From Fimicolochytrium jonesii (taxonomy: Eukaryota), in NCBI RefSeq assembly GCF_025526975.1, contig NW_026515675.1, positions 868,001 through 932,000 on the forward strand: a stretch of DNA of 64,000 bases, written 5' to 3'. Below the pieces are notes generated by a model. That model ran no database searches and was not told where the DNA came from. It saw only the letters and a program-made list of their open reading frames with translations. The stretch's first letter is position 1, and every line of letters starts with the position of its first letter. The position numbers and the translations under genes are program-made. Shown one piece after another: positions 35,666 through 48,566 of this stretch.

Positions 35666-37877
35666 TCAATCCTTGATATACCCCAGCGAGTCCGGCTCGT
35701 TCTGCCTGCTATCCCACGTCCACGCTACATCGTTGCTACGGTACGGTGTCAGGGGAAGGTCATAGGGAAGGCGTATCGGGACTATGAAGTCTGTGGTGCC
35801 CGCGGCTGGCTGGGCGGTCAATGACAGAGAGGGCAGCTCGGATGCTGATACGTTTCTCATTGTGCCGTTCTGGAAATCTTCAACCTGCGGTAGCCAGTGG
35901 TTGGTTAGGGAGCACTCGATAGTTATTAGACTTCGACTCATACCTTGAATAGATCACTGTATATGAGAACACCGAGTTCGTAACTACGCACCATCAGCTG
36001 TTCTCCCTTCTTCTCGAATGAGCCCCAGGCTGCTTTACTCAGGTTGGACGATGTGAGTAAGATCCATGCTATTTCACCCGTGTCGGGAACCAGTCTAGCA
36101 AAGGTCTGAAGGAAATCATCGTGAGTCAACAAACTTGGTAGCCTTTTGGTGGGAGCATGTGATGTACCTTGATATGAGGCATAGCTCTCGCTCTCCCTTG
36201 CTTCTGGGCTGCCCAAACGTTGAGCCGCGGCCGCATCCAAGACTCCTGCTTGACCCAGTTCTTGGAATCGAAAGGTATCGAACCCCCTGCGGCCCAGCCT
36301 TCGAAGCTGTACGTCGTCATTTGAACATGGTTGAGTGGATCTTATAGATTCGGAGGATTCTACTTACCTCGTTCTTACGTTCTCGACAGTGGGGAACACT
36401 AGCTTGAAATTGGGCGTGGAACACTCCTGCCGGTTGCGAGCGGCTGACAGAGATACTCCAAAATCATTCGTGAGCCAATCGTCCGTAACGCCGAGAGATC
36501 CGATGCTTGAGAACTGCACCCGTGAGGATGAGATAGTGCACAATATCACACATGAGACATGTAGAGATGTACATACCTGTCCGACCAGAATCGATTTCTT
36601 GCAACATTGTTCCGGTATTTTGACTTGCTGTAAGCACGTTCGCAACCTGATGTGCCCCCACTTCCGCAAGTTCACCCCACTATGCCTCCCCGGAACAGAT
36701 CCAATGATCACGGCCTTGCATGGCGTAAAGTCATACCCCTCGAGCCGGTCGCACCACGTACGCAATGAAGACCCGTATGCGCGGAGATACTCTATCAGAT
36801 CGGTGCCGAAAGCGCTCTCTGCGTTGCTGGTATCAGTCCGTTTCTTGAGCACGGGGCTGCTCCATATGCCTTGCGTTTTGTTCCTGTTCACAATGCACTC
36901 AGCATACATCCGAGGATGCAGGGCCGAGAGATGAACTTACTTCCAATCCTGTTGTATCATGTTGGCCGTGTGGATGATAACCTGCATGTCGCCATCCTTG
37001 TAGAAGATGAACATGGCTTTTGTATGATGTGTGCCGTACGCAATGGGCAGATCTGGGGACACGAGCTTCACGTTCGGAAATTGACTTGCTTCTGCCTGAC
37101 AAGCCATCAGTTGGTGACACCGGACGGGCATACAAGCATTGCAAAAGCAAAATGCTCACCCTCAGCATTTGAGCGCTTGCTTGTCGAAGGCCATGAACAA
37201 AAGTGATGGGGACTGGAAAGTGATGCATCGCATCATTCACTCATCTGCCACGAGATCAGCCTAATGGGACGCAGGCTGAACGCTTACTGCTTTGGTCCGG
37301 TAAGTGTCGCATCATCCAGGTTAGTTGGACCATATAGTTGAGCTGCAGCATGCATTCTATGTCTTTCTTCCAGATTGGCATTGTATGGTCAAGGCAGTCA
37401 GATTAGCTTTGGCAGCGTGGGAACAGTAACAGCCGCTGCTTCTACCAACCAGGCCAAAAACGTTCCCAAGAGTCTTGGATCCCACATTCTGCGCAGATCC
37501 CAACGCCTCCACTCTTGTGAGACTTATACGAGGATCAACGTACGGGACAGGTCTATTTGTAGTCAATCGTTGTCCTATTAGGTGGATGCTTACGCCAGCG
37601 AACAACCTCACGAAAATAGAGTACCTGGACGGCGCTGGAGGCCTCCCACTTTCTGTTCGCTTCTCCTTCTCTCGAGCGGTCTCGACTATCTCTGTGGCAT
37701 CGCTGTCGTAGTCAGCATCCTGAGGAACAAGTTTGAGTTGGCATCCTGCAGTTCAGTGACATTTGACCACGCACGGACCTCGGTGAGGTCGATGACAGCC
37801 TCTTCAGCGGTCTCCAGACGAGACTTTTTGGAAGGGCTCGCTGTGCTTCCTGAACAATCGGATAGATGTCGCTTCAT
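35666..37877 (-). CDS. TDP1: Tyrosyl-DNA phosphodiesterase 1
   Basis: Two HKN catalytic motifs: YGTHHTKAM...[11 protein letters not shown] and RAMPHIK/TF...[13 protein letters not shown]. Also [40 protein letters not shown]...D..W. Confidence 0.95.
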
Positions 37878-38214
37878 TGTTGAAAAGTTCCCGGGCGGTT
37901 TGGCTGAGCTTTGGAAATGACATTGAAAGCGCAGTCCCGTTTCCCGTCAGGTGGCTGTGAATGTCATTCAAGTCCCATAGCACTGGAGAACACGCAGAAT
38001 GAGCGATGACATAGCAGCTGCATAGCAGTGCAGCAAGGGCAGTGCAGCAGATTGATGATGAACGATGAATGCTATTATGCGAGTGATCTAGATTATAGAT
38101 ACGCCGCCGGGAATTCTACAATGAAGATAAGCCGAGAGTCTCAGGATAGGCTCGTGGGGCTACGGAAGAGAGGAACGGTGCAGGTAAATTGATGCGGACA
38201 GTGGAGCATGCTGC

Positions 38215-39170
38215 TTATGCTGCCTCCTTTGCAACACTGGCGGATTCCAGTGCCATATCCCAGAATGCAATCTCGAGCTGAGAAAACGTTCGATGTTAGA
38301 ACTTGTACCCTCCAGAGTCCCGAACTTTCAAAGCGAAGTCAACACTGTCGTACCTCGACAACCTCCTTAAAGACAGCATCAATCTCCGCCTCCAACTTCT
38401 CCTTCATTTCAACCCCCCCTTCAAACGCCCTCACAACAGCAGCATCCGCAATCTCCTCCAACCACTCCACAAAGCCCCTAAACTCCGCATTCGCCCAATG
38501 CCTCACAAAGTGCGCATACTTCAACTCCTTCGCATTCATCAACGGCATACGCTCGCTCGCATACGTCCACGAGTCCAGATACACGCGTTCGACAGCCCAC
38601 AAGGCCACAAGTGCCGCGGGCCATGAGGCCGACGATACGATACGCTCCAAGAAGGAGAGGTAGCGCGCGGTGGTGGGGTGCAGCGTGGCGTGGGTGTAGT
38701 CGAGAGTGATGCCCAGTGGTGCGCCGGCGGTGCGGAAGAAGAGGGCTTCGGCGGAGATGTTGCCGATGGCTTTCAGAAAGCCTTCCGTCAGGGCCTGCCG
38801 ATGATTTTTGTTAGATTGGGCATCGCCGATAGATACGACATCGTATGGAGGGAAAAGCCCCTTCAACCCAAACCAACATCTCACGCACCTCAGCGCTATC
38901 CTCCCCACATTCCGTCGGAACCCTCGCAAGCACCCCGGACAAAAACTTCAGGTACGCATTTACAAAGTGGAAATCCTGCGTCAACCATCTTGCAAACGCA
39001 TCATCCACCCTCACGTCCACGGATCCCTCCTCGGCGGCCACTGTCTTCCGCGTCGTTCGGGCATGGGCGACGCTGGCGAGGAATAGGTGGTTCGTGGCTT
39101 TTTTGTACTGGTCCGCGTGCGTGGCCAGGAGGGTGGCGGTTGGGGTGGACGGTTGATTTGTGGCCATCAT
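38215..39170 (-). CDS. TenA/THI-4/PqqC family protein, TenA_E (Pet18-like) type, probable thiamine-salvage aminopyrimidine hydrolase
   Basis: ATNHLFL, FARWLTQDFHFV, LVALWAVERVYLDSW (Glu rather than Cys type), FVRHWANAEF, last exon LEIAFWDMA. Two introns (~38791-38871 and ~38278-38353). Confidence 0.88.
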
Positions 39171-39437
39171 TGTGGTGTTGGTCAGCTGCCGGTATGTGAA
39201 GAGATGAGTCTCGATGATTGAGGACCAGATTGAGGACGACTTTTCGAGACACGAGACACGATCAAAAGCTGTCGAACGCGATTCGCGCGATGTCCCAAAC
39301 GTTTATTTGCACATTTATAGGATTGTCTCACAATGCTAAGCTTTTATTCGCCTTACCGTAGGAAGCATGATCCTATAAATCCTATCTCTAAACACAAACT
39401 TAAGGTTCACTATATAGACGGCTAGCGAAAGTAAACT

Positions 39438-41393
39438 CTACCACCTCGTACTCCTATAATTCTTCAAAAAGCACCCCCAAAGCCTCTCCTCGCCCCTTAC
39501 ACCCATCAGAACCGGATCAATAACCCTCATCGCAGCATCCCACTCGTCCAGCGGTGGCGGCTGGTGCTCGCGTTTGTGCCACTGGTCGACGGGGTTCTCA
39601 TCGGTGATCCAGCCCGTGTCGACGGCGGTCATGAAGATGTTGACGGCGGCGAGGCCGGACGAGGACGTGCGGGTCATCATGTTAAGGGCGGCTTTGGCCA
39701 TGTTGGTGTGGGGGTGGAAACTGCGATTGTGGATGGTGGATTAGTAGACGCTCGTATGCGTATGTTCTTTCCCTCTCAGGGCCTTCCGACTTACATGGTC
39801 TTATTCCGATAGAACTGCCCCTCCATCGCGCTCACATTAACCACAAACTTATCCCACTCTCCCACGGCCCCATCCACGGGTCCCGTCCGCTCCATCAACC
39901 CTTTCAATTCCGAAATCAGCACCCACGGCGCAAACGTGTTGATCACATGGCACTCCATCATCTCGATCGTGGAAATCTGCCCAATCTCCTGAGTCCACGA
40001 GTTCTCGCGGCGAAGGTCCAGTTGCTGGTCGTCGCGGTCGTAAAGACCGGGGGGAAAGTGGTGGGTTTTTGAGGCAAGGGTGGATGCGTCGGTGGGGAGG
40101 AGGGCGACTTGGGAGAGGGCGGCGGAGGCGTTGACGTCTTGGAGGTGGGCGGTTGCTTGGGCGGCGGGGAGGGCGAGGCCAGTCGTTTCCTCGGAATTGG
40201 GGGGGACGACGTCCATTTCCGTGAGTTCGGTGTCGGTTGATGAGGATTGCAACCGGGACGTCGTCTCGTTACCGCCGGCGGTGATGCTGTTTGAACCTCC
40301 GTGGCGGAACACGTAGCCGCCGTTGCGGGATCTGTACACGTCCACGACATCGACGATCTTGCGGACTTCCGGGGTGATATCCTCCGCCTCACCCGTGATG
40401 AGATGCTCGTAATACGCCGGCGGTTTACGCACTGTCTGCGCGGCATTGTTGATGATGACATCCAACCTCTTGAACTCCTGCTGCACATGCCGGCAGAAGT
40501 GGTGCAACATCGCAATGTCTCTGAAATCCAGGCCGTAGATGGAAATCCGACCCGCAAATGCCTCGTGGTCGGGCTCCCGCGCGAACCGGTTGGCCGCGTC
40601 GTGAGGGAACCTGGTCGTGACGATCACGGTCGCGCCCATGCGGAGCAGCTTCAACGCGATACAGTAGCCGATCTTGACCCGAGCGCCGGTGACGATACAT
40701 ACCCGGCCGCGCATATCCGCCTCCGAGAAGCGCTTCGTGTAGTTCAGTTCGGCGCAGACGGGGCACAGCTGGTCGTAGAAGTGGTGCAGGTCGCGGAAAT
40801 GCACGCCGCAGACGTGGCATGAACGGTTATAGGTGAGCTTTTTCATCGGCGGTGCTGGCGGCACGGCGCCGGCTTCCCCGTCGTCCTCTCCAGTGACAGA
40901 AGTAGCGGTCGACGCACCGGTCGAGCTCTGCGCCGCCTGTATCGACCGTTGCTCATCCTCAATAGCGAATCTCTCGTTCGCTTCCGGTGTTCCGATCCTC
41001 GGCGGGAACGGCAAGTCGACAGACCCGCCCGTGTAGCCCACCATTTTGACTTTTCGCATTTGGCGGATACCAGCAACCGCCAGCAGTTCCTGGTCATTGT
41101 TCTTTTTTGTCTGCTTCCGTCGTTTCTTCCTCTCTTTCAGATCTGCTTCCGAGGGCAGCACCGTCTTTTGCGCAAGCGCGAAAAGAGTCGCGATTTCTTT
41201 CGGAAAAAGAACGTAAGTCTCCTATCTGCTTGACCGATACGAAACGCTCTAGGAAAGGGAACTAACCAGGGTTCTGCTGGGCATGCTTGAGCAGGTCTTC
41301 TCTCTCAGCGTAAAGCCGAAATATCTTGAGTGCGGCTTGAAGCTCCTCTTCGTTGAAGAAGTCCGTCCAGGGAGGAAGGTCCTCCGGGGTCAT
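39438..41393 (-). CDS. Atypical short-chain dehydrogenase/reductase with an N-terminal CxxC...CxxC zinc ribbon
   Basis: RSCHVCGVHFRDLHHFYDQLCPVCAELNYTKR, then VCIVTGARVKIG, VTTRFP, INNAAQTVR, VNVSAMEGQF, FHPHTNMAKAALNMMTRTS, AVDTGWITDE. Confidence 0.9.
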
Positions 41394-42157
41394 GGTTGGT
41401 GGCTCCTTTTACGACTGAGCTGGCGAAGGGATTTGTCGAATTAGCAGCGAGTGGGAGTTGCGAAAAAGCAATGCGTGGTGAAGAGGAAAGAAATGTGGAA
41501 GCGCAGTCGGTGACTCATCTGCAAGATAAGCCACTGTTTCTTACCTGACGCTCTTTCCAGACGCGATGGTTCGTCGCGTTCGCCGATATGGATCTGGATC
41601 TGGATCTGGAGGCAAAGTCCGCCATGAGACGTCGGTTGAGGAAACAGGGAATTTGCAAACTTCCATGGCCGACTAACCGCACTACGAACGATGATGATGG
41701 GGTGGGGCCTGGGACGCCGTAAGGACATCCAGTCCAGGCGGCTTCGTCCTTCCTTCCTTTCGTTTTTTCTCTAACCTTCGGGCATGCGTATTTTGCGAGA
41801 AGCCACGTCGGTGGTTGGGCCAGGCTTGGGGGCAGTAGTAGCCGGACGCAGATCCTTGACGTCTGCTGTCGCTTTCGGTGATGCCCGCCCGCTCCAGAAA
41901 GGCCGTAAGCCCGCGGCTGAATATTCCACAAGCCGCTCCTATATGAACCACGGTGCGAATAGAAGAATCCCTCTGGTCTCCCCACAGGGTATCCTCTGTC
42001 CAGACCTCCACTTGAAAAGCCGGTGCGCGTTGCATATCATATACACGGGAGATCACCGCCGGTCAACGTGTCAAGAACGAGAGAACAGCCTGTTTTCCCG
42101 TAAGGTCCAAGGTTCGGGAGAGTCTCCAGACACCCTGTTTTCAAAATGCTGGGAACA

Positions 42158-45100
42158 ATGCACCAGCGGAGACTGAACGGCGGCAGCAAGAAGGCCGGTC
42201 ACGCAGCGATTCCGGCGGAAAAGGACGAGTATGCCATTCGGCTGGACGGTGGGAAGGGCTTGCGGAAGGCTTCCTCGCCGCTGTCGCGAAACCGATTCTT
42301 AGGACCGCTGGCCTTGTTCATGCTGTTTTTGGGTGCCCTGGACCTATGGCGCCACGGGACGCTTCCGACGCCGGTGGGATGCTCCGAGGATACCGTCAAG
42401 GTCAGTTGAGACTTCGCCCGCCGTTTGCAATTGGCCGATCTCATATCACTACTTTTTTGCTCGGTGTGGGTAGTTCTCAGAGTGCAACGCTCGCGAGACC
42501 ATTCGTGAACTCGCACATACGATCGGCATGCGGCTGGTCGGGACGAAACAGGAAGCAATGGCGCGCGATATGATTGTCGAGAAGCTATACCATTACAAAG
42601 AGCAGGCGAAGAGCAACCCGTATTTGCCCGTTTTCGACATCGATGTGCAATTAGCGGATGGGAGCCATCGCTTTGAGATTTTGGGTGAAGGTAGGGCCCT
42701 TGAGTGCATGTCCAGAAGGCTGTCCAACTGGCGCTTATCTAAAGCATCTCTCCGCCGCAGCCGTACTGAAAACATACACGAACATCACCAACATCGTGGC
42801 CCGCATCTCATGTGGCCCGGAATGCAACGAGAACGCAGTGCTGATGAACTCGCATTTCGATTCCACCATTGTGAGCCCGGGCGCATCTGATGACGGCGCA
42901 GGGGTGGCTGTCATGCTCGAGATCCTTCGACTGCTTTCGCAGCGTCAGAAACCGCTGAAGAATGCGGTCATCTTCCGTTAGTCTCAAATGGGCATGTACC
43001 TTTACTGGCCGGAGATACCAGGCACTAACGCGATTCGATCGGTATAGTGTGGAACGGCGCCGAGGAAACATTGCAAGACGCATCCCATGCATTCATCACC
43101 CAGCATCCATACCGGGACACAATCCGAGGTGTGATCAATCTGGAAGCGATGGGTCAGAGCGGGAAGGAGATTCTATTCCAAGCAAACTCCAAGGTCTTCA
43201 TCAACGCATACGCAAAGGTTCCTCATCCTCATGGAAGCGTTTTGGTATGGAAGGCGATAATAAATGACTGTGGGTGCGGGCGTGCTTGTATTGTCTTACG
43301 CTGACAACCGCCTTTCGTCCCACCGGATTCAGAGTAATGATATTTTCCGGACGGGTCTGGTCATGGCCGATACGGATTTCGGCCAGTTTGTCACACATGG
43401 AGGCATCGCCGGACTTGTAAGTCCCCTCGTTGACGATCCTTTCGCAACCCACCGTTCATATCTGGTACCCACTCATGCGTGGCCACGATCCGTAGGACAT
43501 GGCTTTTTACACAAACAGCTACCTTTACCACACCATGCTGGATGTGGAAGACACGATAGAGAAAGGCTCTATCCAGAACTTTGGAGAGAACGCAATGGCG
43601 ATCCTCGATCACTTGATATACGAAGCAGACATCGCTGATGTCAAGATTGACAATGAACTCATTTTCTTCGATATTCTCGGTAAGTGAACAAACTGCTGGA
43701 CTAATCCCACGAGGCTCGCCGACCGACGTCTGACATCGCCTTTTTACAGGTCTCATCTTCATTCACTACACGTGGGCTGATGCGCACATCCTTCACGCCG
43801 TACTCATCCTTATCTCGCTGTTTACGGTTTTCGGGCCGTTCCGGCCAACGAGCTTCGCGAAGAACGTCCGCCAAACATTGGTGGCGACGGGATCGGTAGC
43901 GACGAGTTTCATTGGGAGTGTGGTCTTCTCGTTAGCGGTGGGAGGAGCATTGCACTTTGGGCTTCAGAAGCCGATGGTGTGGTATGGCCAGGAATGGTAC
44001 CCGCTTGCTTTGTATGCACCTTTGGGTTTACTCGGTGGGTGATCTCGGTCCGTCCGGCCTTTGGTTTTCCATCTGAAGTAGCTTACACATGGGGTACCTA
44101 CATTTCAGGTATCTTCACGAGCCAATATGTGTACCGCAGTTGGTCGCGCACCACCTCCACGCCTGTCATCAAGGACAAGCGGGCTCAAAACACATCAGAT
44201 GCACCCGACGCCGAATGGGAACGCACAGTCTTCAACGGCACTATCCTCTTCTTCTGCATCGGCATCGCTGTAACCGACCACTACCAACTTGGGTTCGCCT
44301 ACGTCCTCTCCATCAAAACCGCTGCCCTCCTCTTCGGCCGCATCGTGGACATCGCCCTGACCTCCCATAAGCCGGGGGGAGGCGCCCCACTCCACCCGGC
44401 GGCTTACTTTGTCGTCAGCATCCCTTTTGCCCTCACCGTTGAGCTCGCGGCGTGCACGCTTAACCTCTTTGTGCCCATCAGCGGCCGGTCGGGGGCAGAC
44501 ACGCCCGTGGACATCATCGTCAGCTTTTTAGCGGGGTATTTCGTGTTTGCGATGAGCTACCCGGTAGTGGCCATCGCGCATCGGTTTGGTGTTAGGTCGA
44601 TGAGGAAGACGATATGGGGGCTGGCTGTTGCGTCTGTGATTGCGGTCGCGGTGTTTTTGACTGCTGTAAAGCCGTTTGATCGTATGCATCCTAAGGTGAG
44701 TTGACTTTGGTCGATGGCCCAAATGCGCCTAGTAAGACGGTGTAACTCACTATATGGTACTTCCCCCCACAGCGCATCTTCATCGAATACAAAGAAAACG
44801 TTACCGACGGCACCCGCGAAGTCATGCTCGCCCACTCGGACCCCGCCCTCTTCGCTCCCCTCCTCGCCCTCGTCTCCGCCGAAACCGGCTCCCCGCCCAT
44901 CCGCCGCTCTCCGCTCACAACCGACCGCGACTGGGCCTCCCTCTACCCCTTCTCCCACTTCCTCGAATCCTACTCCTTCAACGTCTCCCACCTCGCCCCA
45001 ACCCACCCCGCCCAGCCCGCCGCGCCCGACCTCGTCCTCGATGACGACACCTACGATGCAGAGACGGACACACGCACCCTGAATCTCCGATGTCACTTCC

Positions 45101-45519
45101 CGCAGTATATATGGACAGTCCTGACCTTCCACGCCACCGTCGTCGACTGGTCCCTCAAAGACAAATCCTTGATCGATTCCACACAACATAAACGATACAT
45201 GATCCGGAACGCGGGCGGGTACGGGACCAACTCGTGGACGCTCTCTTTGCGCGTCAAGGGGCACGAAAAGATCGCGTTTGAAATCAATGGACTTGAGCGG
45301 GATGGGTTCCATGAGCTTGTTGACCACGGGGACAACAGGGACGAGGGGAGGGGTGAGGCGACGTATGGAAGCGCGGTGGGCCCCGTGAAGGTGGGAAGAC
45401 CGTGGAAATGGACGGATAGGTTTGGCAGCGCGCAGGTGTTGGCGCGCATTGAGAGGGTTATGCCGGAGTGGACGGCGGGACTGTATATCGGGGTTGTGGT
45501 TAGGAGGTTTGAGTTTTGA
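42158..45519 (+). CDS. ERMP1: ER metallopeptidase 1 (ERMP1/Fxna-like M28 membrane peptidase)
   Basis: VLMNSHFDS...SPGASDDGAGVAVMLE, WNGAEETLQDASHAF, INLEAMG..GKEILFQ, DTDFGQF, YLYHTMLD, then multiple TM helices, PISGRSG, and PFDRMHPK/RIF. Confidence 0.93.
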
Positions 45520-46057
45520 GATGGATGGTATCTAGAGAATTTTTGATAAGCGAGTCGAGGAGACTGGATTTTTGTACATTTGTACGGATGGTGGACGTGA
45601 TGCCTTTTGTACAGCATACAATCAAATATATATATGACAGAAACTTCCGAGTACGAAGGCTAGTCGAATGAGTAGAACACCGGAGCAGACGGAAACGGGT
45701 CCTTCGGACCTACCTCTCACGATGACCTCAATGTACAGGGTTGCAAAAGGACTACATCAACACATATATACTGTGACCGAAAACATCTGTACGAAGGACT
45801 ACCAAAAAAAAAAAGCGCCGCGACTTGCATTCATCTTACGCTCTTTTCTCGTACTTGGAAACCGGGGGAAATGGGGAAAAAAAACAATATACGAAAAGAA
45901 CGAAAACACAAAACTATACACAGTGTCTACATGCTACAGAAAGGACACGACGAAAAAACATAGAAACAGTTCTAAATCTACAAAGAAAGGGAAGGGGGGG
46001 GGGGGGGGGGAGATACGCCTAGCGAGAGATGATGATGTTGATGTTTTTGTGTGGTTC

Positions 46058-48015
46058 TCAAGAAGCACTAAACTTCGCTACAAACGCCATCGGGATCCAG
46101 CCTACTTCCGGTTTTGCGTCGGCGGGGGTGTTGTTGTTTTGCTGTTGTGGCGGGCCACGGCGGAAACGGTCTGATGAACCCAGGGGAGATGGGTCGGTGG
46201 GTGTTGTTGGAGTGGATGGCCCGGGAATTTTGGCGCGGCGGGTGAATTTGGTGCCGTAGATCCAGGTGCCGTGGCGTTTTTTGACTTCGATTACGTCGCC
46301 CTTTGATGGAGAAAAGCGGGGGGTGGTTAGCTGGAGTTTTCAAAGACGAGAAGGGGTTGGGAAAAAGAGGGGCCTTACCTTTCTTAAACTCATCTCCTTA
46401 GCACTCCTCGCTGTGAAATCGTGTATTGCGTACACCAAATCCATCCCCTTCTTCAACGGAATCATCCCCACCAAACTCTCCGTCGTGCCCACCACACTCC
46501 CAATCTCGCTCGCCGCATCGCCCTCTCCGCCGGCTACATACACCGCCGGGTTGCGCACCACCGCCGTGTGCGCGATGACGGGGACCGAGGCGATGTTCAT
46601 GCTTTCTGCGGCAAAGATGTCGGGGTAGAGTGAGGAGAGTGTTGCGCCTCCGCCTAGGAGGTCGGTGATGGGAGTTTCGGATTCGGATTGGACGGTCGCG
46701 ATGGGTTTGGAGGTTGGGAAGGCTACGCGGCGTTTTTGCTCGCTGCTGCTTCGCGGGGACCCGGTGCTTGTGGGTGTCCCGCTGCGATCGGTGGTGGTGT
46801 TTGATGTGTTGTTGGTGTTTTGTTTGATGATGGATTTCGGCGCTGCGGCGCCGAATGAGAAGTTTTCGCGGGTGAAGACTTTTGTTGGGGAGGAGTCGCC
46901 GGATAGGGGAGTGAATGTCGGGAGGGATAGTTGTGGGAAGCCTGCCGAGACCGGACTGCTCTTATTCGGCGACGATGTGCTGAGAGCGGCACCGGCCGAA
47001 GCGTTGCGTTCCCTTTTGGCCCCTCTCCGTCCGAGACTGTTGTACTGGATGATAGGCTCATCGTCCGCCTGCGCCACTTCGCCGAGATTGCTGTCTAGTG
47101 ATCCGCGACGCAGGCTCGGAGTGGCGAGAAGGTTGGTGGACAAAACCGGCGCCGTGTTGACGCGGTCAAGTGGTGACGGCCGACCGGGGGACGAGAGTGA
47201 TTTTTGGCAGTTACTGTCTTTCAGCTCCTCCACACATGCTTTCGCCCCATGCACACAGTGATCCATGGACCCCGTCATCGATTGGAGGAGCTTTGCCAAA
47301 TGCCCTTCCATCACCCGCAGATTCCGCGCCTCTTCCCCGACTATGATGTTCTGGTTGAAGAACTTCAGATCCGACAGTTCTGCGACATACCGAGCGTGAT
47401 CCTTTGCTGCTTGCTGGGTCTGTGTGTTGTCGCGCATCCACTTTTTCTTCGATTTGACTTCGGCTTTTTTGATCTTATCCTGGATCTCCCTCTCCATCTG
47501 TAGTAAACGTTTCTCGTTCGCCTACGCAAAGCAAAACAGTGATGTCAGCGCAGGCATTTCGCCGAATTGACAGGCATCCGGTGAGAACCTACCGTGACCG
47601 TTTGTGCGTGCTCCTCTATGCTGTTCTGCAGAGGCTCTTCTAATTCTCTATGCACGCAGTCTCCGATTTCCCTAAACCGCTTCGACATTGTCAAATGTAG
47701 CTCCCCACAGTGCTGAACGGCGTCTAACGTGAAGAATGGGTGAGCAAACAACCCATTCCTTTGAAAGGTTGTTCGACAGGTGCCTTTAGAATTCGTACCC
47801 TGCTGCAGCCCGTGCGCCTTCGTCTTCTCGGCCACCCTGACCGCTTTACATCTCCCCAAGTCCACCAACACCTCGGACATGTCCTGCATGACCCCTGCCA
47901 GTGACCACAGGGCGACTCTATATTTGTTGGCGACCTTCAGCACTGCCTGAGAACGGGCAATGGCTTCCTTCACGTCCTGCCGCCCGACGGTGTCCGCGTT
48001 GGTGCTTCCCAACAT
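46058..48015 (-). CDS. I-BAR/IMD (Ivy1-like) domain protein with a C-terminal SH3 domain
   Basis: N-terminal helical bundle VLKVANKYRVALWSLAGVMQDMSEVLVDLGRCK (Ivy1-like). Ser-rich linker. SH3: VYAIHDFTARSAKEMSLRK/GDVIEVKKRHGTWIYG...VGWIPMAFV. The start may extend upstream. Confidence 0.7.
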
Positions 48016-48338
48016 GTTGCCGTGTTGTTTTCCGCGTTTCTGCTTCGACTTGCGCCGGACTCTTGAACTGCAAAACTTTCTTTTGTGACTGGATATATGT
48101 ACAGCGGTGGGGATGACCTGTCAGCACCCTTAGGCTAACTTGTATTTCGGTGTTATGGAGGAGGTGGTAGTGTTCCATACAACAGCTGGAACAGTTTGTG
48201 GACATCGCCTTGTTCATGTTCCTGCCGTAAGAGCCCTACTGTACGACACGCTCTCATGTTTCGCCCATCCCCCCCCCCCCCCCCCCCGCACACACACGCG
48301 AAATTACACCTGCGTCCACAATCCTGATTGTTGAAGGG

Positions 48339-48405
48339 CGTGTTCTCATGTCCACCGTCAAGGAGTTCGTGTTCTCATGTGGGACCCGTGTCCGTGTTCT
48401 CATGT
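48339..48405. repeat. Three exact copies of the 13-mer CGTGTTCTCATGT in the divergent promoter between the I-BAR/SH3 gene and NDUFA8
   Basis: Copies lie at 48339-48351, 48368-48380 and 48393-48405, with a partial copy (ctctcatgt) near 48251. Confidence 0.8.
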
Positions 48406-48566
48406 CCCTCTGTTCTATCCCCCAACCTTCGCACAAAACACCCAGCTTTTCGTTGACTTCACCGCTCAGATACCCTCTGCGATCGTCCACTGCAGCACAT
48501 CCCTCACGTTCAGGTCCCCGCACCCATCATCCCCCACGTACACCACCCAACCCCCGCTCCACCACC

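Noticed and set aside
44557..47261. Long antisense ORFs (e.g. 44557-45327 minus, 46665-47261 plus)
   Set aside because: They are shadows of GC3-rich coding exons on the opposite strand.
48339..48405. Repeat-spacer pattern read as a CRISPR array
   Set aside because: The repeats (13 bp) and spacers (12-16 bp) are far too short, the context is eukaryotic, and there are no cas genes.
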